A stretch of 63,951 bases of DNA, the filler included, from Nitrospinota bacterium (GTDB lineage: Bacteria > JADFOP01), in the NCBI GenBank assembly GCA_022562795.1. It is 3 parts of 3 records of this genome, joined end to end, with 100 filler letters (N's around TTAATTAATTAA, not from the genome) between each part and the next. Parts side by side here need not be neighbours in the genome. Positions count along the whole stretch, not along the records: positions 59,717 to 63,951 come from JADFOP010000076.1; 2 more parts are not named here. The stretch is one strand, 5' to 3'. Positions 59,719 through 63,951 of the stretch are shown here, piece after piece (the stretch's first letter is position 1; each line of letters starts with the position of its first letter). The translations under genes were made by a program, and so were the position numbers. The notes beneath the pieces were generated by a model. The model worked only from the letters and a program-made list of their open reading frames with translations, was not told where the DNA came from and made no database searches.

Positions 59719-59880
59719 ACGGTGTCCGTTCTGGCCTGGTTGGTTGCTTGGGCAGTGTTGCACCGCATGTGGAAGCACCGTCAAATGAATTTTGGCAAAG
59801 TTTTTCTCGCGACGCTGATTCTAATAACTCTGGGGCTTCTGGGAACCTTCCCACCGTTCTTTGAGGCGTTCGGAGGATAG
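59719..59880 (+). CDS. 3' fragment of a membrane protein (5'-partial)
   Basis: Manual translation TVSVLAWLVAWAVLHRMW...LILITLGLLGTFPPFFEAFGG*; two TM helices. Confidence 0.6.
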   Translation, partial: TVSVLAWLVAWAVLHRMWKHRQMNFGKVFLATLILITLGLLGTFPPFFEAFGG

Positions 59881-59962
59881 CCCTCTCCCCTGGATGTGAT
59901 GCAAGAAGGCGTGGAGTTATGGTGTGGTGGGTTTGTTGCTTGCTATTCCGTGATTAACAGCC

Positions 59963-60131
59963 GGCAAGCCCACCCAAACCCACCTGAGCCAGCTTTGCGC
60001 TGTACACTCCGAGCCGGACGGAGGCGAAAGCCTCCCCCGGCTCTTGCTCGTAAAGCCGGATGGCATGTGCAGCGAACAGCTCGATCTTCTCCGTGGCGAG
60101 GGCGGACTACACGATTAAAGTGGGATTTGCC
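59963..60131. ncRNA. Candidate structured ncRNA (long rod-like hairpin)
   Basis: Nested complementarity around GGAGGC-GAAA-GCCTCC; lies between convergent genes. Confidence 0.35.
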
Positions 60132-60194
60132 CCCGATCTGCCCGGTATCATATTTCGTTCAAATATCCCCTTGTAGGCGTCCTGCAAGGGCGGG

Positions 60195-60587
60195 CTAGCC
60201 GAGGTAGGCGATGCAGTCGGCTTCGATCCGCGCCCCTCGGGGGAGGGCCGCCGCCTGGATGGTCGCCCGGGCGGGTTTAGATGCGCCGAAGTACTCCTCG
60301 TAGACCTCGTTCACGGTGGCGAAGTCGGCCAGGTCGGCCAGGTAGACGGTCACCTTGACCACGTCGTCCAGGCTCGCCCCGGCGGCCTCCACGACAGCCT
60401 TCAGGTTTTCCAGCACCTGGCGGGCCTGGGCTTCGATCTCACCCGAGACCATCTCGCCGCTCGCCGGCTCTAAGGGAATCTGCCCTGAGCAAAAGAGGAA
60501 CTCCCCGGCGCGGACGGCCTGGCTGTAGGGGCCGATGGCAGCCGGAGCGCCGTCGGTGGAGATGGGTTTGGGAGTTGGTCGCGTCAT
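60195..60587 (-). CDS. ridA: RidA/YjgF family enamine-imine deaminase
   Basis: [31 protein letters not shown]...LP.G..IE. Confidence 0.94.
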   Translation of the reverse strand: MTRPTPKPISTDGAPAAIGPYSQAVRAGEFLFCSGQIPLEPASGEMVSGEIEAQARQVLENLKAVVEAAGASLDDVVKVTVYLADLADFATVNEVYEEYFGASKPARATIQAAALPRGARIEADCIAYLG

Positions 60588-60597
60588 GCCTGCCTCC

Positions 60598-60876
60598 TCA
60601 GTATTTGACGCCGAATCTCGTAAACTCGCCGGTCGGCTCGCGCCACTCCACGCGGACATCCTCGACGAGCGCGGCCCTCGGCCCAATCCAGCACCATTTG
60701 ATGAAGGCCTCCATCCCTTCGGCCGGCCCCTCGGCGACAATCTCCACGTGGCCGTCCCGGGTGTTGCGGACCCACCCGACGAGCCCGTGCTCGGTGGCGC
60801 TGCTGACGGCGCTGTAGCGGTATACCACCATCTGGACCCGACCTGTGACGACGATGTGAGCCTGCTTGACGGTCAC
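60598..60876 (-). CDS. acyP: Acylphosphatase
   Basis: VTGRVQ.V.YR, GWVRN..DG.VE..AEG. Confidence 0.9.
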   Translation of the reverse strand: MTVKQAHIVVTGRVQMVVYRYSAVSSATEHGLVGWVRNTRDGHVEIVAEGPAEGMEAFIKWCWIGPRAALVEDVRVEWREPTGEFTRFGVKY

Positions 60877-60921
60877 GGCTTCCCCGTAATTTGCAATGGC
60901 TCGTAGGCCACGAAGATGCGA

Positions 60922-61677
60922 TCAGCCCGCGGCTGCGGCATCGTCCTCCATCTCCAGGACCTCCTTGGGGGCGGTCCACCGGGTCAGCAATATCGAGACC
61001 TCATAGAGGATCAACAGGGGCACGGCCATCAGCACCTGGGTGAAGACGTCCGGCGGCGTCAGGACCGCCGCCACCAGGAAGCTCAGGACGATGACGTACC
61101 TGCGGTTTCTAGAAAGCATCTGCGGGGTCACCAGGCCGAGCTTGCCCAGGAGCACCATGACGACGGGCAGCTCGAAGATGGCGCCGAAGGCGATGAGGAG
61201 CCGCACCGAGAAGGAGATGTACGCCCCGACGCTAATCATGGGCACGAGCGTGGCGCTCCCGTAGCCCAGCAGGAGGGCCATTCCGTAGGGCAAAATTAGG
61301 GTGTAGACGAAGCTCCCCCCGAGGAGGAACATGAATGTGGCGCTCACGACGAAGGGCACCATGTAGCGGCGCTCCTTCTCGTATAGGCCCGGGACGACGA
61401 AGGCCCACGCCTGGTAGCAGAGGTAGGGCCAGACCAGCACAAGGCTTGCGAGGAAGGCCACCTTTAGGTGGGCGAAGAAGGCCTCGGTGGGGGCGATGAA
61501 GACGAGCTCCCGCCCCGCTGGAAGCCAGAGAAAGTAAAGCAGGCGTTCGGCGAAGGCGTAGCAGAGGCAAAAGGCCAGGGCCATTGCCACGAGGCTCCGG
61601 ATGAGCCTGCCCCGAAGCTCCCCCAGGTGGACCGTGAAGGGCATCTCGCCGCCGGTAGCGGAGCGCTTCTTCTTCAT
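60922..61677 (-). CDS. tatC: Twin-arginine translocase subunit TatC
   Basis: MPF..HL.ELR.RL, FVVPGLY.KE, FELP, TPPD..Q..MA.P...LYE. Confidence 0.96.
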   Translation of the reverse strand: MKKKRSATGGEMPFTVHLGELRGRLIRSLVAMALAFCLCYAFAERLLYFLWLPAGRELVFIAPTEAFFAHLKVAFLASLVLVWPYLCYQAWAFVVPGLYEKERRYMVPFVVSATFMFLLGGSFVYTLILPYGMALLLGYGSATLVPMISVGAYISFSVRLLIAFGAIFELPVVMVLLGKLGLVTPQMLSRNRRYVIVLSFLVAAVLTPPDVFTQVLMAVPLLILYEVSILLTRWTAPKEVLEMEDDAAAAG

Positions 61678-62012
61678 GAGGTCCTCTCGGTGGAGGTCTC
61701 TTCGGCCTCGTCTAGCGTTGAGGGATCGGCCACCTCATCGGCCTCGCCAGGCTCGGGGTGCTCGAATGCTTCATTGGGGTCGCCCGGCGCCGGCGGCAGG
61801 TCGTCATCAGCCTCCTCATCCTCATCGGGCTCCTCGTCCTCTTCCTCCTCAACGTCGAAGTCCACCGAGGAGCGGAGGTCCTGCGTGGCCCGCTGGAGCT
61901 CGGCGAAAGCCCTCCCGAGGGTCCGGGCCATCTCCGGGAGCTTCTTAGGCCCCAAGATGATGAGGGCGATTACGAGGACTATCAAAAGCTCCTGCATCCC
62001 TATGCCGAACAT
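61674..62012 (-). CDS. Twin-arginine translocase TatA/TatB subunit
   Basis: MFGIGMQELLIVLVIALIILGPKKLPE; acidic tail. Confidence 0.92.
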   Translation of the reverse strand: MFGIGMQELLIVLVIALIILGPKKLPEMARTLGRAFAELQRATQDLRSSVDFDVEEEEDEEPDEDEEADDDLPPAPGDPNEAFEHPEPGEADEVADPSTLDEAEETSTERTS

Positions 62013-62144
62013 CGTCTATCTCCTGGCGCCGCATGGCGGCAACCGCTTTAAAACAGGGGGCTTACACCCTACAGAGGGGCAATGCGAGTATATCAGAGCC
62101 ACCTGGCGGCTGGCAAGGACCGATTGCCCTTGAGCTCAGAGGCG

Positions 62145-63485
62145 CTACGGGCTCGCGAGCGCCGTGAGCAGGCGCTCGGCCGCTTCTCTACCCTGGCGGA
62201 TGCAGTCGGGGATGCCGAGGCCCCGGTAGGATGCCCCGGCGAGGGTGAGGCCGGGGTGGTGCTCTAAGGCGGCCTCGATGGCCGAGACCCGCTCTATGTG
62301 GCCCATCGTGTATTGAGGGATGGCCCGAGGCCAGCGAAAGATGCGGACGAAAAGAGGCTCGCTTCTAATGGAAAGAATTTCGGATAAGTCGGCCCGGACC
62401 ATCTCGACGAGGGCCTCGTCGTTAAGCTCTGCCAGAGCCTCCTGCTTGGCGCCTCCCACGAAGGCCCGGATGAGAACGCGTCCGGGCGGGGCCCGTCCCG
62501 AGAACTTCTCAGAGCTCCACGTGCAGGCCGTGATGGAGCGGCCCTCGCCCCGGGCCACGACGAAGCCCGAGCCGTCCAGGGGATGCCCGACGTCATCCCT
62601 CTTCCAGGCCACCGCGACGGTGGCCGATGAGACCCACGGGATCGATTCCAGGAGGGAGGCCAGGTGCGGGTCTGAGGCGGCCAGGAGGGTGGCGGCCCGC
62701 CAGCTGGGGACGGTCAAGGCGACGGCGTCGGCATCGATCGGCTCGTCCCCATTAAGTTGGATGCGCCAGCCGCCAGAGGGCGCGGGGGCGACGGCTTCCA
62801 CGGCGGCGCCGAGGCGAACGTCCACGTCGTCGAGGGCCGCCACCATGCGGTCGACGAGCCCGTCCATGCCGCCCGTGAGAGTGAGGAAGAGGCTCGCCGG
62901 ACGCCCCGACGCCTCCTTCGGAGCCTGCGCCTCGGCTCTCAGGGCCCGCATCGCGCGGATCAGACTCCCGTAGCGGCGCTCATATTCGTAAAATCCCGGA
63001 AAAGTCGCACGCATGCTCAAGGCCTCGGGGTCCCCGGCATGGATTCCGGCCATCAGCGGCTCGGCGACCCTCTCGAGGGCCTCCCGGCCCAGCCGCCGGA
63101 GGACGAAGGACGCAAGGCTCTCGTCGTCGTCGTCGAGCCGAGGGGGGACGAATCGTTCCATGACCATCCGGAGCTTGCCCGGCCAGGAGAAGAGGGTTGA
63201 GGAGAGCAAAGGCCCGACGGCCGTCGGCACCGTGAGGACGAAGCCCTCTGGCAGAGGGTGGAGGCGCCGGCCGGAAAGGACGTAGACGCGACGGCTGGCG
63301 GGCTCGGTCCCGATCAAGTCCTCTTCGATGCCGAGCTCGGCGCAAAGCTCCCGGGCCCAGGGCTTCTCTGCGAGGAAGGAGTCCGGGCCACCTTCGACAA
63401 GGAATCCGTCCCGCCGCTCCGTGACGATGCAACCCCCCAACCGCTCGGCCCGCTCTACAAGGGTGATGGACGCCTTCCTTCCCAT
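62145..63485 (-). pseudogene. hemG: Protoporphyrinogen/coproporphyrinogen oxidase HemY/HemG, 5'-truncated
   Basis: E...RLGG.I.T, EGGPDSF, IPQY..GH, G.GIPDCI.QG; N-terminal GxGxxG FAD motif missing. Confidence 0.8.
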
Positions 63486-63933
63486 TGGGAAAAAAGAAAA
63501 TTTTTCCCTTTTCGCTGATGCCGCCGAGGCGGGTTTAAAACGCGGCTTTGCATTTTCGATTTTAAGCCCCGATGGCACAAATTTTGGCATGTTCAACCTT
63601 GGCGGGGATCTGGGTGAGAAGGAGTTTCAAGCGACCATTCAAGGGTCTGGCGCCTTTCTCCATGCCGCCGCGATCCAAACCCATCTTCACATCCGTTCGT
63701 TACAGGAAGAGGTTCGGATTCCCCCCGTTCGCCATGTCAAATTAACGAACCAGCAAAGGGTTACCCTGTCTTATTTGGGGGAGGGATTAGGCCAGAATGA
63801 GATTGCTTTTAAAATGAACATTTCCATTCGCACCGTTCGCCATCACTTAGATCAGCTGAAACAAACCCTTGGCGTTTCAACTCGCCGCGAAGTTTTTCCT
63901 ATGGCTGTAAAGTTGAGATTATTAAAGTTTTAA
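63480..63933 (+). pseudogene. LuxR-family regulator, 3' part only
   Basis: DAAEAGLKRG (autoinducer-binding domain end), LT..Q...L..L.EG....EIA..MNIS.RTV.HH HTH; lower GC; no start. Confidence 0.65.
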
Positions 63934-63951
63934 GCCCTGCCGGTTGCCAAA

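Noticed and set aside
62145-63933. ORFs 62145-63596 and 63328-63933 as novel fusion proteins
   Set aside because: Their N-termini are just antisense read-through across the junction near 63480.

Overview
GC-rich bacterial sequence made of three contigs joined by artificial N44-TTAATTAATTAA-N44 linkers (31041-31140 and 59617-59716), so adjacency across the linkers means nothing. Segment 1 (1-31040) is the most interesting. It holds a siroheme nitrite/sulfite reductase divergent from an Rrf2 regulator. Next is a co-oriented run of two di-heme cytochrome c peroxidases, a Tat Rieske subunit and an AioA/IdrA-family Mo enzyme (an iodate-reductase-like P-P-B-A module). Only 126 bp further on is a complete periplasmic NXR-like type II DMSO-reductase complex (alpha, beta, heme-b gamma, chaperone). 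Then come an ISC operon with an HscA-ferredoxin fusion, a radical SAM/SPASM protein, Ric/YtfE, aconitase and a HydG/ThiH-like enzyme. An identical 16-bp palindrome (CTTGACTTAAGTCAAG) precedes both the reductase run and ric. The segment ends with a putative Mn transporter, glnE and tRNA-Gly(CCC). Segment 2 carries a complete Pup-proteasome operon, dksA, a speD-like/agmatinase pair behind a long structured uORF-containing leader, tgt-yajC-secDF, a diadenylate cyclase and a membrane-anchored truncated globin. It also has an inositol-phosphate/IPCT-DIPPS cluster, a split FluG-like pair, REP-like repeats and a tcmP/DUF5131 pair. Segment 3 has a candidate ncRNA, ridA, acyP, tatC, tatA/B and a probably chimeric hemG/LuxR junction. 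Family calls come from motif recognition only; no searches were run.
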